A stretch of 63,116 bases of DNA, filler included, from 15 parts of 15 records of this genome joined end to end with filler, not necessarily neighbours in it, one strand, 5' to 3'. Counted from the first letter of the whole stretch, positions 12,261 through 24,249 are shown. Made by a program: numbers and translations. Notes: generated from the sequence alone by a model not told the origin.

Positions 12261-12856
12261 GGCGGGGTTCCAGAGCCGTACTAAATAGTACTAGTTAGTA
12301 GCTCCGACGCCTGGGAGCTTCGAGCAGCGAGCGCTCCTCCCTCCCCCNNNNNNNNNNNNNNNNNNNNNNNNNNNNNNNNNNNNNNNNNNNNTTAATTAAT
12401 TAANNNNNNNNNNNNNNNNNNNNNNNNNNNNNNNNNNNNNNNNNNNNAGTGGCAGCAACTACCGAACTCGGCACCCAGCTCTGGCGCAAAATCTCTGACC
12501 GAGTTTGGCTGCCCTCTCGAATTCCTGCGTGTACGACTCTCTACGGTGCTAAGATGCGTACAGCTCTCAAGAGTGCTAGGCAGAATGATAATGCAGAACG
12601 TGGCGAAGGACCGCGACGGAGCAGGTGTGGGCATACGCAGCGAATCTACTCTGCTGCCTCTACACGACGGGAGCAATGCACAGAAAAAGGATAGCCCTGC
12701 TCCGGCTTCGCTAGTTGACCACTGTTGAACAAACACATCGTTAAAACACACTGGCTAGTGCCAACTGCGATTGCCTGCTCGAAGAAAAACCGAGCTCGAA
12801 CACGGGTGCTTCAAAAAACACCACTGCCTAGATATCCACTACAAGTCGCTACGACG

Positions 12857-15800
12857 CTACTGCACGACGAAGGTCGCCTCGTTGCCGGCGCTGTCGAAGA
12901 ACGTGGCCTCACCGCCGACGATCAGTACTACCCGCCCGCGCGTGCCATCACCATTTGTATCGCCCCCCTTGCCATTCCCACTTGAGCTGTAGTGTGCATC
13001 CCCGGTGTTGACAGGGGATTTGCTGGTGGGGCTTGCCGTGCTGGAGGTGCCGGCGATGGTGTTCTTGAAAGAACTCGCTCCACCACCGCCACCACCACCA
13101 TTGTTGCAGCTGTTGCCACCGGCTCCACCCGGGTTGGCATGAGCTCCGTTGCCACTGTGGCCGTTATTCCTACCACCTTGCCCACCAAAATCGGAGTCCC
13201 CGCCGCTGCCACCATTCGAACTAGCGCCACCACCTCCATTGCCGTTGATTCCTGCGCTGCCACCACTAGAGCCGCCCCCATCGCCACCTGAGCCGACTTG
13301 GCCGTCGTGCGTGCCACCACCACCACCACTTCCACTATCGCTGCTGTAGCAGGGACCGCTGCCGCCCCCGCCTCCCGCGCCCACGATCACGCCGGTCGAC
13401 TGGCGGGTGGCCACCACGAAGCTGGCGCCACCACCACCACCTCCAGGACCGTTGCTCCAGCTTCCCCCGCTGCCACCGTTGGGCCAGCCACCGGCTCCAC
13501 CGGCTCCACCGTGGCCAGATGGGTGCGCGCGACCGTAGTCGCCAACGCTCACAGTCAACGTCTCGCCAGCCACCGCGAGGTAGTCGGCCGTCGCAAAGCC
13601 ACCTGCCCCACTCTGATCCCTATCTTGCCCTGAGCCTCCGCCGCCGCCCCAGGCCTTGATCGTGACGACGACACCGTACCAGCCGTCCGGGCTCGCCGCG
13701 ACGGTGCCGGTACCATCCCGCGACACCGTGCCGACCGTCGCACCATCCCGCTGTGCCGTGATCTGTCCGGGGAGCTCGCCGTCCAGGCTCACCGCCGTTC
13801 CGTCTGGAAGTGGCATCGTCAGTCCACCGCCCATCACCACCGCTCCGTCTGCCCGTAGTGCCGCAGACACGAGCCACGAAGAATCCAACACAACTGCGCC
13901 GTTGACGGTCAATGAGCCGCCAGTAGCAACTTCGAATGACTCTCTGTACTCAAAGCTCACGCCGAGTGTTCCAGATATCGTCAGCATGGCGCCCGTAGCC
14001 ACACTCAGGGCACCAGTGTGCGTCACCGTCACCTCAGAGGCGGTCGAGAACACCCGCACGTCCTGACCGGAAACGACGTTCATCGCCCCCAGCTCCAACG
14101 CCTGCCCGTCGGTGCTGATCTGCAGGCCGATCAGACCGGTGGCGCCGGAGTTGACCGCTGCCACGAAATCGTCGATGTTCGCGTCAGTAAAGACCTGGCC
14201 CATCGCAGAGTTCAAGTTGTCGGGGATGTTGACGGTGCCGTCCACCGCCAGGCTGACGATGCCACTCTGTGCTCCCGTGCCGCCTGGTTGGTTCTCGTCG
14301 AGGCTGACGCTGAGGTCGCCCGGCAGGACGCCGTCAATCACGCCAAACTCTGCCCGGTCCGTATCAAGTAGTGCCACTCCCTGCGAAGTCATGGCAAGGC
14401 TCAGAAGACGAGAGAAACACACAGGGCGGACTCATAGACGCTTCCTCTCGGCCAGTTCTTTAGAACCAGGCGACAAGCCAAGAGAAACTGCAGAGACACG
14501 AGACGGACGTACCTGCAGAGTGAAGCTGCCTTGATTGTAAGTCGGATCAATGGCGTACCACGGGGTGCCGAGGGCCACCTTGATGCTGCGGTCTGTCGAG
14601 CTCAGGATCGCCGCCGTGCTCGCAGCAGCTACCGCAAGTCCGCCTGGAAATTCCAAGTAGTCGATCGTTCCTTCGACTGAAAGGCCCGCACCGGCGCTCA
14701 CAGACGTGGCGCCGGAGAACAGCAGCGAGGTCATCAGACCCCGCACAGTCAGTACTGCGCCGGTCCCGTCCACATTTACGTCGCCGAACTCGACAGACGA
14801 GCCAGCGGCTGTCGAGAAGACGCGCACGTCCTGCCCAGTGGCGACATCGAGCTCAGAAAGCGCGAAGGTCTGGTCGGCAGTGGACAGCTGCAGGCCGTAC
14901 AGGCCCGGTGCAGCTTCTTGGACCCTCGAAATGAAGCCAGGAATGTCCGCTTCGGTGTACACCTGCCCGACTGCCGAGTTGAGGTTGTCGGGAATGCTCA
15001 CTGTGCCATCAGCGCTCAGTGAAGCAACACCGCTCACAGTACCGCCACCGCCCGGCTGTCTTCCATTCAACTCAACCGACAAATCGCCTGGGAGTGTCCC
15101 AGCGACTGTGCCGAAACGGGTGTCGACGTCGGTTCCGCCGAGTAGCAGGCCCACACTGTCGAAGCTGATGCTGCCCTGGTTGGAAGACGCTGAAAATTGA
15201 TACGAACAGCAGTAGTAGTAAGACCAGAATGATCGAAATGGAAAGGCCGTACGGCAGACCGACAGGAAAAGGATACTGTAGCGATACAGAGAGGGGAAAT
15301 TGGCAGGAAACTTACGGTCAATTGCGTACCAGATGGTACCCAAGGCGACGCGCACGCTGTTTTCCGATGAGCTCACTACCGAGGCTGTGGACCCGGAAGC
15401 GATCTGCAGATTCCCTGGGAAGGACAGGGTAGTCACCGTGCCCTCGATGTCGAAGCTGCTGCCGCCGTGATCAACAGAGCCGATGAAAGTAACCTCGTCT
15501 GCAGTCAACAGCATCGAAACCGTCGCGTCCTGTCCGATGATAAAGCGGCTTTCGAAAGTCACAGCGCCGGTCGTGCCGGCAATGGTCATCTCAGAACCCG
15601 CTCCGAGGGTCACATCCCCAGTGAAAATAACACCAGTGCCTGCAGCAGGCGTCTCTTCATCCTCATTCAGCCGCAGGATCAGGATGGCGTCATCCGCGAG
15701 ATTCGTGGTGCTGGCAAAGGTGAGCGTCGTCATCATTCCCCGGGCAGTCAGCGATCCTGACACGTCCACTGTGTCGAGAAACGTCACAGAGCTTCCAGGC

Positions 15801-18435
15801 GCAGTGGAGAAGAGCCGAACATCCTGGCCGAGAGAGACGCTCATGGCGGTAATCTCAAAGTCCTGGTCGGCGCGCGTGAGCTGTAGGCCGTAGAGCCCGC
15901 CGTTACCCTCGTTGACCATAGCGACAAACTCAGCAATGTTATCGTCCGTAAATACGCGTCCCATTGCAGCGTTTAGGAGCGGAGGTACGGTGACAGTGCC
16001 GTCTGGACTGAGGCTCACGGTGTCTTCGATGGCGCCACCTCCGCCTGGCTGTTGCCCGTTCAGCGACACCGCCAGGTCTCCAGGCAGTGCACCACTCACA
16101 TTGCCAAACGGGGGAGCCGCGGCGCCTTGCGTACCGAGTAGTGCCACCTCATGGAATGTTACGCTTCCCTGGTTCGTTACCGGGTCGATGGCGTAAAAAG
16201 TGGTTCCCAGGGCGACACCGATGCTATCAGTCTCGGAACTGCGCAGAACCCCAGTGGCGCTGGTGCTGATGGAAAAGCCTGCGCGAAAGTCGAGGATGTC
16301 AATCGCTCCTTCGATGACGAGGGAGCTGCCTACGCCCATATCCAGCGTATCCTGGAATTCGAGCAAGGCCGCGTCTACGCTCAGCGAGACAGAAGTATCC
16401 GCCGCAGCAGAAATTCGCCCCTGGAAGCTGATGGCGGCAGAAGATTCGACTTCTCCCGCTTCCTCAAAAGCCAGAGCAGTTCCTTCTCCGCGAATCATGA
16501 ACGCTCCAAAGGCAGCGATGTCAATGTTGCCAGCGATAGTCAGCCTCGGTCCGGATGTCGCGGTACAGACGACCCTCACTAAGGTACGGAGACATGTGCA
16601 GTTTCAGTTGGATGAAAGGCAACGGCGCAGGAACAGAGATGCGCAAGTGGATCTAACCAACTCATAGACAGCTAAAACTAATCATCCTCACCATCTTGAT
16701 ACGGGTGAATGTCGAGCGCGCTGATAATGACCTCTCCTCCTGCTCCGACCACTCGCAAGACGTACTTGCCCGGCAGACCAGAAGCGATGGACGAGAGGAA
16801 GGCAGCGACATCTTCTCCATCAAACGTCACTCCGCCCATCGTCAGAACTTGTCTCCAGCCTGCCGCTCCGTCCAACACGGAGCAAGACAGCAGTACGTCC
16901 ATGTCCAGCTCTGGGTTTCGGAACATGATCACAGCCGGGCGGTCGCCAATTTCGCATGAAGGAAGCTCCTCCTGGGCCAGTGGAAGCGGCAGACCAGGGT
17001 GATCGGCGACCACACGGCCCGTGTTGTCCACCAAAGTGCCACGGAGCTCCTGCGTTACCGCACTGCTCACGTGGACTGCGTTCAAGATGAGCGTGCCCTC
17101 GTCCAGAATATGAATCATCGCGTCGAGCAGGGCCAGCTGCCCGGAGGCGACTACCCGGCCAGTGATGGTGAGGACCTGCCTGGCGTAGACAGTGAGATAC
17201 GTGATGACGCCGTGGGATGCGAAGTTATCCACATGTAAAGAGTAGTTCCCTGGGACCCGGCTGCTCAGCGCGTGCGCCAGAGAATCCGGCTCCGCACCAT
17301 CGTAGCCCTGGATGACGTTGCAGAAAACGCAGTCCATCACTGTCACTTTCAGGCGGAGCGTCGTGTGGACGTATGAGTTGAAGTAGTACACTCCGGGGGT
17401 GTCAAACGTGTGCTGGAAGGTGCCCCCGTGGGCGGGATCACCGCTGCGGATGCCCCCTTCTAGCGCCTGCCAGCTGCTGTCGGTCTCCTCAACATTCTCG
17501 AAGCCGGTGAAGGAGAAGGTGACCTGGCCATTGATCTTAATCACCACTTCTGATTGGTCGTACACCTCGTAGAACAGAGTGGCTTCGTGCTGCGATTGCA
17601 CGCGCACCTGTGTCACCGTCACTGCTTCCAGGTACTCCGCCCGGCAGCACTCTGGGTCCGACTGAGTCACGGGGAACGTCTGCCGGACAGGCGCACCCGC
17701 TGGGGCATCGTCCGCCGAGCACTCGCACTCGGCGCTCTCCTGCCAAGGCTCACAGAGTCCGCCGCCCGCAAGGGGCTCGGCACAGACGGAGCACTGGCAC
17801 GCCAGGGTTTCGTCTGGCGCCACGGGTTGACCGGTCGCGGTGGACAGAGCGGCGGCAAAATCTTCGAGGCGGGAGCGCGTATCCTCCAGGTCTGTGGCGT
17901 TGGCCTTAGAGTCGATGACGGGGAGAATTCGCACAAGCTCCTCGTTCGCGGCGTGGGCCAGGTCGAGGGCCGCCACAGCGACCGAGTTCGGGTCGAGGCA
18001 GGTCTCGCTGTCCGTGCTCCCACCAGAGCCATCGTCTTGCAGAGCTCGCTTCGTCCCGCTTGGGGCTGCCGGTTCGTGCGAAGCGGTGGTGGCGGATGTA
18101 GTCAGGGTGGTTGCGTCGGCGAGGCGGCGGTGCAAATCCAGCAGTTCGGTGCGGGTAGAGGCAGCTTCCTCCTCTGCCGAGCGGCGCACGTCTGCGAGCT
18201 CGGCCCGGTTAGCGGCGAGCTCGGCCCGGTTAGTGGCGAGCTCGGTGCGCGTGGATGCGGCCTCCTCCTCTGCCGAGCGCCGCACGTCTGCGAGCTCGGC
18301 CCGGTTAGTGGTGAGCATGTCCTTGGTCTCCGACAGTTCTCGCCTGAGGTGGGAGAATTCCTGGTTCACTACCACCGCAGCGCCGATGATTGCCGCGAGG
18401 AGGAAGGTGGTCACGATGGCTGTGCGTGCGCTCAT
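12857..18435 (-). CDS. Very large putative cell-surface protein: N-terminal TM anchor, coiled coil, cupredoxin-like fold, ~3 beta-rich tandem repeats, C-terminal glycine-rich domain; 4 exons
   Basis: Three ORFs joined by GT-AG introns (~16691-16579, 15315-15190, ~14511-14382). Repeated YAIDP..NQGS / LPGDL.V.L / GQDVR.FSTA, plus TFQHTFDTPGVYYF and IKAWGGGGG...GETLTVSVG. Confidence 0.75.
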
Positions 18436-18632
18436 GCAGACCGTAGCGTGTACCCCTTGCTCCAATTTCGGTCTTCTCCGCTATCCTTCTCTCTCTCCCT
18501 CTCCCTCCGTCTCTCTTCCCCCCCCCCCCCCCNNNNNNNNNNNNNNNNNNNNNNNNNNNNNNNNNNNNNNNNNNNNTTAATTAATTAANNNNNNNNNNNN
18601 NNNNNNNNNNNNNNNNNNNNNNNNNNNNNNNN

Positions 18633-18767
18633 AGCTGGCCATGCACCCCTAGGGAGCCTAGGCGGCCCATCTTGAAAACAATCAAGTTTGAAAAAACCAG
18701 GAAAACCAGTGGCTGCCAGGGAAACCAGCAACTTGAAAACTTGATTGGCTTTAACCAGAAAACCCTG
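18633..18767. repeat. Probable end of a non-autonomous DNA transposon (hAT-like) at contig edge
   Basis: 11-bp inverted repeat CAATCAAGTTT (18679-18689) / AAACTTGATTG (18737-18747), reiterated AACCAG, ends ...AAAACCCTG (CAGGG on the minus strand). Confidence 0.35.
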
Positions 18768-18811
18768 GCTATTACGCTCACTAGCTAGACAGGGAGGTAC
18801 ATGTAGACGCC

Positions 18812-19114
18812 ATGACGCGACGAAGAGTGGCAATGGATGGAACCAACGGTATACCACGACAGATACTCTTCGACTTCCAGCGCGTGCATGTACACGCAAA
18901 TGCGACTGTTGCTGCGCATCTATGCCCAAGGCTGACTGACTTCGCCCAAGCGCAACTCGACGGTCAGCTCAGTGTAGCAGCTGGTGACTATAAGGTTCGG
19001 TTTGGGCTGAATGAGACGTCGGATTGTGGTATGGGATTTGCTGATGTGAAGACGACAGCCGTGGCCACAAGTGACTTGACCTTCATGATGACAGCGCTGT
19101 CGGTGCAAGAATGA
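18812..19114 (+). CDS. C-terminal Fn3-like domain of a GH3 beta-xylosidase/glucosidase (last exon or fragment)
   Basis: PRQILFDFQRVHV ... GDYKVRFG pattern typical of the GH3 Fn3-like domain. Confidence 0.55.
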   Translation: MTRRRVAMDGTNGIPRQILFDFQRVHVHANATVAAHLCPRLTDFAQAQLDGQLSVAAGDYKVRFGLNETSDCGMGFADVKTTAVATSDLTFMMTALSVQE

Positions 19115-19445
19115 GAGATTATTTCTGGCTGCAAAATGAAAGAGTCACTGGACGTCTAGCAATGATGTCTATTGGGCAGGCTGTGTATCGTACCGTCTCA
19201 TGTTACTACTCATGGACTGTGTCAGCAACCACGCATGCCACGCGAACAGAGGGCATGTAGCTACATGCCCTATGTTCCGTTTGCAGTTAGCGAGTTTGTT
19301 GCACCGGCCGCCGTGAGCGTGTACAACTAGTGGTAGGCCTTCTGCCCTTCCTCGCACGTGGCGATCCATTGAAGGCGGCCCACCTTTGTAGAACGTAAGC
19401 TGCCCTATTGCATGGGGGAGCATTGTGGATCCGGCAACCGCTCCC

Positions 19446-20570
19446 TCAGCCCCGCAGCAGCGCCACCACCTCGGCCTTGCCCCTCTCCCACTCGGCCGTC
19501 CTCTTCTCCCACTGCGCCTTCTCGGCGGGAGAGAGACGCTCAACCAGCAGGGCCACGACCTCGGTATAGCCCTTCTGCCTGGCAGCGAACTCCTCGTCAG
19601 ACTCATTCCATCTCTTCTCCTTGGCTCGCTCCTCCACCAGCTCAAGGGCCGTCTTCCCCTCCCAGGGGTGGCGCGTGGCCCGCAGGGTGGCGTCAGCGCC
19701 CACCTCCAGCAGCAGCCGAGCGCACTCCGCATGGCCGTTGTAGGTGGCGTGCATGAGGGCGGTGGCGCCGTCGCTCATCGTCGCGTCCACCACCGCGCCA
19801 CCACCCCGCAGCAGCGCCACGGCGTCGGCGTGCCCGTTGGCGGCGGCCATCACGAGCGCGGTGCGGCCGTGTCGGCCCATCGCGTTGGGGTCGGCCCCTA
19901 GCCGCAGCAGCGCCTCCACCGCCGCCGTGTGCCCTGCGTCAGCCGCCCTTCCCACCGCCGGGTACCCGATCTCGTCTATCGCATCCGGGCTCGCGCCCTC
20001 CCCAGCTAGCCGCTCGATCGCCGCCACGTCGCCCTCCCTCGCCACCTTGCAGAGCGGGTCGTCCAGGATCCACCTCGCCTGCGCCCGCAGCAGGGCTTCG
20101 TAGCCGGCGTCGGATGCCGTGGCCTGGTCCATGCTGTGCTCAGAGATCGAGCGCGACTCGCCGTTGGCGAACCGCAGCATGCCACACGCCTCTGGATCAT
20201 CGCCCTCCATCACGGTGATCACGCCGAGCTCGCCCCCGGCGTTCCGCGCCGAGCTCTTCGCGATGGCGCCCACCTTGCGCCAGGCGAGCTTCGCCTGCGC
20301 CTCCGCCCAGTACTGCGCCAGCGATTCGTAGCCCGCGTCGGCTGGCGTGGCCTGGGTCAGGCTGGCCTCCTCAATGTAGTCGCTCTGCTTCCCATCGGCG
20401 AACCAGAGAATGACCTCGTCGTCGTCGCCGGCGAATTCGCCCGGGACGTATCTGAGGACGAAACCGAGCTTGCCCTCGGCGGTCTTCACGATATGATGGG
20501 CGGCTTGATATTTCATCGCGGGCAGCTGGACGCTCCCAGTCCCATCGCCCTCCGGCTCCGGCTCAGCCAT
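19446..20570 (-). CDS. Ankyrin-repeat protein with two copies of an unrecognised N-terminal beta module
   Basis: GHTAAVEALLRLGADPN, GRTALVMAAANGH, GATALMHATYNGH; duplicated G.LG.....L.FA.G..S..I......AT..DAGY. Confidence 0.85.
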   Translation of the reverse strand: MAEPEPEGDGTGSVQLPAMKYQAAHHIVKTAEGKLGFVLRYVPGEFAGDDDEVILWFADGKQSDYIEEASLTQATPADAGYESLAQYWAEAQAKLAWRKVGAIAKSSARNAGGELGVITVMEGDDPEACGMLRFANGESRSISEHSMDQATASDAGYEALLRAQARWILDDPLCKVAREGDVAAIERLAGEGASPDAIDEIGYPAVGRAADAGHTAAVEALLRLGADPNAMGRHGRTALVMAAANGHADAVALLRGGGAVVDATMSDGATALMHATYNGHAECARLLLEVGADATLRATRHPWEGKTALELVEERAKEKRWNESDEEFAARQKGYTEVVALLVERLSPAEKAQWEKRTAEWERGKAEVVALLRG

Positions 20571-21168
20571 GGTGGCTGCCCGCGCCACGGGTTGCTGGCT
20601 AGGAACAACCTCCACGTACTCTCCCTCTCCTCTGCCTGCGCGCCCCAAGTTACCCTCGAGCCTAAACCTCGTACGTGGGGTCCTGATACGGTCGCCCGAG
20701 CTGCCAACGCGCGGACGGCGGGCGCCGGCGTCCGTCTGGCACAACATTTGTTCGCCGCGCGCGATTCGCGTGACGGGCGTGGGGGGAACATATCTGTCCC
20801 CCATGTGCCCAGGTTCGAATACCGTACAGCTGTACCGTAAGGTGCCAATAATAAGCAACGGTTGTTTATCTATAAACGCAGGAAACTAATTCACTTCAAA
20901 AATGCCGGCGCTTGACTTTGAGGTGCTGTTACAGCACGCCGTCACTGGGCTGGCTGGCAGACCCCTACCGGTGCCCCCGCGGAATGTGACACCAGTCATT
21001 ACGACCGGTCGGACGTGATAGTGTCACCGGTCATACGGCATCCCGTTGTGACACCCCACTATGGCAGTTGACAATACCTCTGTCATTCGCACGGCAAACG
21101 ACATACATATAAGCATGCCAATAGGCGATACGCGATAGCATTCTCGTTTGTTTGTTTTTCGATTTGAA

Positions 21169-23186
21169 CTACCCTACAAACTCGTCCATGTAAGTGAAGT
21201 TGCACGGCGCCGTCGCCACCTCGAGCGCGCTGTCTTTCAAGTCCACCGACGTGAGAACCGAAGTGGTTGCTGGAGCAAGCCCTGGAGAGGACGCCTCGAC
21301 CACAATCGGGGCCAAAGGACAGTTGTTTAGCTCGGAGGTTGCTGTGCCAGCCTCCATGTCGGTGCGAATCAGCTCATCCATATGGTCACTTAGGCAGTCC
21401 ACGCTTACTTGCACCACCAGCCGCGCCGTGCCCACATATGTGTGCACCATGGACCCCTTGGGGTGCTCTGTCGAAGCTGGGTCGCCACTCGACACGCCAG
21501 CGAGCTTGCCAGGTCCAGAGACAATCTTGAAGGTGACAGGCACCGGAGTAGTTGAGACTAGGTGGTCTACAGCGTTCAAGACTGAGACACGCAACAGTGC
21601 TGTATCGTGGCCGTCCAGCACGAGTTTGTCGCCAGTGCCCGTGGTGGAAGACGGCACGTCCACAAGTAGCTGCAACTTTACAGGTGGCGCACCAGTTCCG
21701 TGGATTGTGTGGCTCGCCAGCACAGACCCACCGGCAGATTTGGCCAGGACAGTCACATTCTCAACGGACATCCCCGGTTTCGGAGGCCTAGGTGGGGTGG
21801 TTGTGCGCCCACCACCGACCCAGCCTGTGTCGCCACCAGAACATGGATCGGCCGGCGTGGGATAGGCTCCCATCCAGCATTGTTTGTTGTGGTCTCGGCT
21901 GCCATCGAACTGCCAGATGGAGCAAGTGGCGTTGGCACAGCACTGCGCCTGGCACTCGGCAGCACTGGATGCGCCCTTGTTGTTCTTGAGGCCGTGGCAG
22001 TTCGCACCACTCTGGTTGTACGGGAAGCTGCAATTGGCTCCCACTACCTCAACCTGCCCGGCCTGAGCCTTCACATGACGATCTGGCGAGATATTCCAGG
22101 TCATCTGGTTCGCACCAGTGTTAAGGGAATTGCTCGAGACTGGCTGCGTGCCGATAGATCTGCCGTTGACCAGAAGCTCTGCGTGAACAACCCCGTCACC
22201 AGCAACAATCGTCGTTACTGTTCCTGCAGAGATTTGATCGCCCAGGTCAAGCACACGGGCTACAGTTTTTCGTGGAATTTCAGGACGGCCTGCGTCGGAA
22301 GTCGGTGTCCCCACTGCCCAGTTGGCGAGATACCACCATGCGTGAGGCTTTGGCATGCCATTGATGGAGAATTGTCCAAAAGAACTGGACTGCTCCGTGT
22401 CTGTCGCAGGCTCACCTGCAGGCAAATCATTCATAATTTCATAAATAATCGTATAGAATAGTCAATGCGCAATGCTCGATACCAGTGAACTCACCGAAGT
22501 AATCGAACAGCGTCCAGACACCCAGTGATCCGGCAACGAAAGGCAGAAGCCCGGGAGAGTTTTCCGAGGCTTCGCAGCTTGCCAGCGTGCGCTTGGACGC
22601 GCGCTGTGACGAGCAACTACAACATTCCGACAACACTTGTGGCATGTCTGGATTAGCTGCGTGAAAACTATCAAAGGTGTCATTCTTCTTATGAGAGTGC
22701 CCTTGCACATCGAGAGCGTTGGTGTATCCGTTAGCGGCCAGCGGGCGTGTGCTATCCACAGCAAGTGTGGCGGCCCGAAACAGATCGCCCGTCTGGTTGG
22801 TACTTTGGATGCACTCGAACTCGTTACAAAAGCTCCAGACCACAATGCTAGGATGATTACGGTGCGATTTGACCATATCGTGCATCTCACTCGCGTACTC
22901 TGGCCCATAATCTCTATTTTCATCCCACACCATCGTGCCCGTTCGGTCCAGCAGATCGTACAGGCTGTCCGCATACGGGTTGTGGGACATACGCCAAATG
23001 TTGGCCCCCGTCGCCCTGCTCGCCTGAACCTTAAATAGGCTCACTCGGGGAGCCACCGCGACGCCTAGCCCACCGAAGGAGTTGTGGTGTGAGAATCCGC
23101 GAAACTTAAGATGCTCGCCATTCAAGATGAAACCCTGGCTACCAGTCCATTGAGTGTCGCGGAAGCCCACGGTGATATTAAGCTGG
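21169..23186 (-). CDS. GH2 beta-galactosidase-like enzyme with PAN/apple-like insertion; 5' truncated; intron ~22493-22417
   Basis: GFILNG...FRGFSHH, WRMSHNPY, HRNHPSIVVWSFCNE, SECC, WTLFDYFG|EP; Cys-rich SAAECQAQCCANATCSIWQF. Confidence 0.9.
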
Positions 23187-23286
23187 NNNNNNNNNNNNNN
23201 NNNNNNNNNNNNNNNNNNNNNNNNNNNNNNTTAATTAATTAANNNNNNNNNNNNNNNNNNNNNNNNNNNNNNNNNNNNNNNNNNNN

Positions 23287-23323
23287 GGTTTCATGCAACC
23301 ATGTAGCTAGCGCACGACGTGCA
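23287..23323 (+). repeat. 37-bp repeat, left copy (inverted partner at 28726-28762)
   Basis: GGTTTCATGCAACCATGTAGCTAGCGCACGACGTGCA matches the reverse complement of the contig end at 36/37. Confidence 0.95.
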
Positions 23324-23464
23324 ACGACGTATCTTGAGGGTAAGTTCAGATTCTTGAGCATGCGTTGTCCGCTGCCATTTGTCTTGCACGAAAGCGGAAA
23401 AGTGGGGAAACACAGACACAGGTGACAACCGCTGTGCAACGCCTTTGTTCGCATATGTGTGCAG

Positions 23465-23920
23465 GAGTGCAAGGGGCGCTGGAAGAGCAACAGCAGGCAG
23501 CAGCAGCAGCAGCAGCAGCTGCGACCTCGACCAATGCCGTTCTCGGCCGTGATGGCAAGGAAGCCAAGATCGAAGCAATGATTGCGCGACGTGAAGGTGC
23601 AGCGAAGCGGACGGCGTTCGCAGGCTGGAACGACGTCATCGTGATGAAGAAGCTGGACCAGTGAGTCTGGAGCTGCATCAGCTTGCATAGCCGCGCCAGG
23701 CCAGCGCTGTGTCCTGTGCTGCCGCCGGCTTTGATTGTATTGCCAATCTGATGTCTTTGCTGTCGTGAGCAGGGGTGCGGTGGAATGGGTGCTGAAGCGG
23801 TGGCACGCGCAGCGCATGCAGGAGATGTTCGATCGCTGGTTCGACCATAACTTAGCCGTCCGGGAGGCGAAGGCAGAGGCAAGTGGTGGACCGAAGCGGA
23901 CCACAACCGCGGCATTCTAG
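23465..23920 (+). CDS. Last two exons of a hypothetical helical protein (intron 23661-23772)
   Basis: Acceptor TGCAG at 23464; the GTGAGT...GCAG intron joins KKLDQ|GAVEW in frame. Confidence 0.5.
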
Positions 23921-24249
23921 CAACTACCAGTCAGAAGACATGGCGGCTGGCTCAAATAGAAGGATCTCTGTCAGAGAGACAGAGATCCTTCCACATTGTA
24001 AAACATCAGCCTAACTACAGAACCCAAATGATCGTGGATTTCGTGGAAACAAGTGATACCCAGACGGCTTGGGTCACAATCTTGTGTTCTCCGACTCAGC
24101 TACATAGATTTGGCTGTGACCAGGCTGAGTGTGGAGTGCTATCGAAGCATACCTTGGTACGTGTGACATAAATTCAACTATTTGGTGAACAGAACTGATG
24201 GAGCTCAGCGTAAATGGTCTACATGATTCGATACACCTATGATGACACC

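Noticed and set aside
17554..18588. Long antisense or overlapping ORFs (also 31270-32391, 38108-39082, 49766-50605, 60963-61651)
   Set aside because: Shadow ORFs of GC-rich coding sequence with no recognisable motifs
20805..20830. tRNA suggested by GGTTCGAAT
   Set aside because: No pairing T-stem or cloverleaf around it
20985..21060. Three GTGACAC/GTGTCAC words in an intergenic region
   Set aside because: Too short and irregular to support an element call
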